DNA from: a virus | IMG/VR virus record: IMGVR_UViG_3300034093_001036 | Span: 24,580 to 88,579 of that record | Strand: one strand, 5' to 3' | Length of the DNA: 64,000 nt | In this document: piece after piece, positions 63,507 through 64,000 of the stretch | How the letters are laid out: every line of letters starts with the position of its first letter | Numbering within the stretch: the stretch's first letter is position 1 | Program-made: the position numbers and the translations under genes | The notes under the pieces: generated by a model | Seen by the model: the letters and a program-made list of their open reading frames with translations, nothing else | Databases searched by the model: none | What the model was told of the DNA's origin: nothing

Positions 63507-63675
63507 GCCAGGCTGATTAGGGCGATAATAGAAATACTATAGAGCAAGGCTCCTGCAGGCCTAAAGAAGCAGACATCCTGAGCACGATCCAAAAAGGCTC
63601 ACCCTTAAGGGGACTTGACAAATGTCAGTGGTGCCCTGTACAATTAAATTAAACCAACTACAGAAAGAGGCCCCC

Positions 63676-64000
63676 ATGGACCAAACAGAAGAATCAGTAA
63701 CAGTAATACCAAACACAACGCAAGAATTCCTTTTATCTCAGATTAAAATAAAAGATGAGCGTATTGCTCAACTTGAAGAGCACACTCAAAAAGTAACCCA
63801 GCGCTCTTATTCCGATTCAGCAGACCGTAACCGTATGGTTGAGGGAATGAAGGACTGGACCCTTAGTGAATTAAGTAATGAAGACATCACTGAATCTCAA
63901 GCAGAACAAATTGCTGAAATCATGGGCTTTGAATTAACAACAGAGTTTGAATTGGAAGTTACAGTTCTTTATTCAGTTACTGTTAATGCTCGTGATGAAG
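63676..64000 (+). CDS. Hypothetical protein, truncated by the window end
   Basis: MDQTEESVTVIPNTTQEFLLSQIK...; GAAAGAGG RBS and TTGACA-18 nt-TACAAT promoter. Confidence 0.75.
   Translation, partial: MDQTEESVTVIPNTTQEFLLSQIKIKDERIAQLEEHTQKVTQRSYSDSADRNRMVEGMKDWTLSELSNEDITESQAEQIAEIMGFELTTEFELEVTVLYSVTVNARDE

Noticed and set aside
1-64000. tRNA, rRNA, integrase, transposase or terminase genes
   Set aside because: None was recognised by eye. A tRNAscan or Infernal run is needed to exclude RNA genes, and the terminase presumably lies outside the window.

Overview
This window is a 64 kb segment of a large tailed dsDNA phage. The host is probably a freshwater-type actinobacterium, inferred from GAAAGG/AGGAGG ribosome-binding sites, many leaderless TGnTAnnnT promoters, a GP88-like protein and a DUF4190-like protein. 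Bases 1-54.6 kb are almost all minus-strand late genes: tail tip, a 2955-aa tape measure protein, tail chaperones, tail tube, neck, major capsid, prohead protease, portal, a LamG protein and many fibre or decoration proteins. A class II ribonucleotide reductase and two clusters of protein-modifying enzymes interrupt this block. Together the clusters hold ten 2OG-Fe(II) oxygenases, a methyltransferase, a sulfotransferase, a GT60-like GlcNAc transferase, and DUF6065-like and DUF6171-like genes. Each cluster lies directly downstream of a gene encoding Pro-Pro-Phe-Phe/Cys repeats fused to a near-identical C-terminal Hint autoprocessing domain. This cassette is the best candidate for an undescribed system. 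Other notable signals are a kinase-like domain inside the tape measure protein, tail chaperones G and GT encoded as two paralogous genes, and a thrombospondin-like motif. The 56.9-64 kb early region of small genes has intergenic modules carrying DnaA, CRP and GACAC boxes, a fixed-spacing TGTCAG promoter element and a repeated mini-pseudoknot. All assignments come from reading motifs by eye; no database searches were run.
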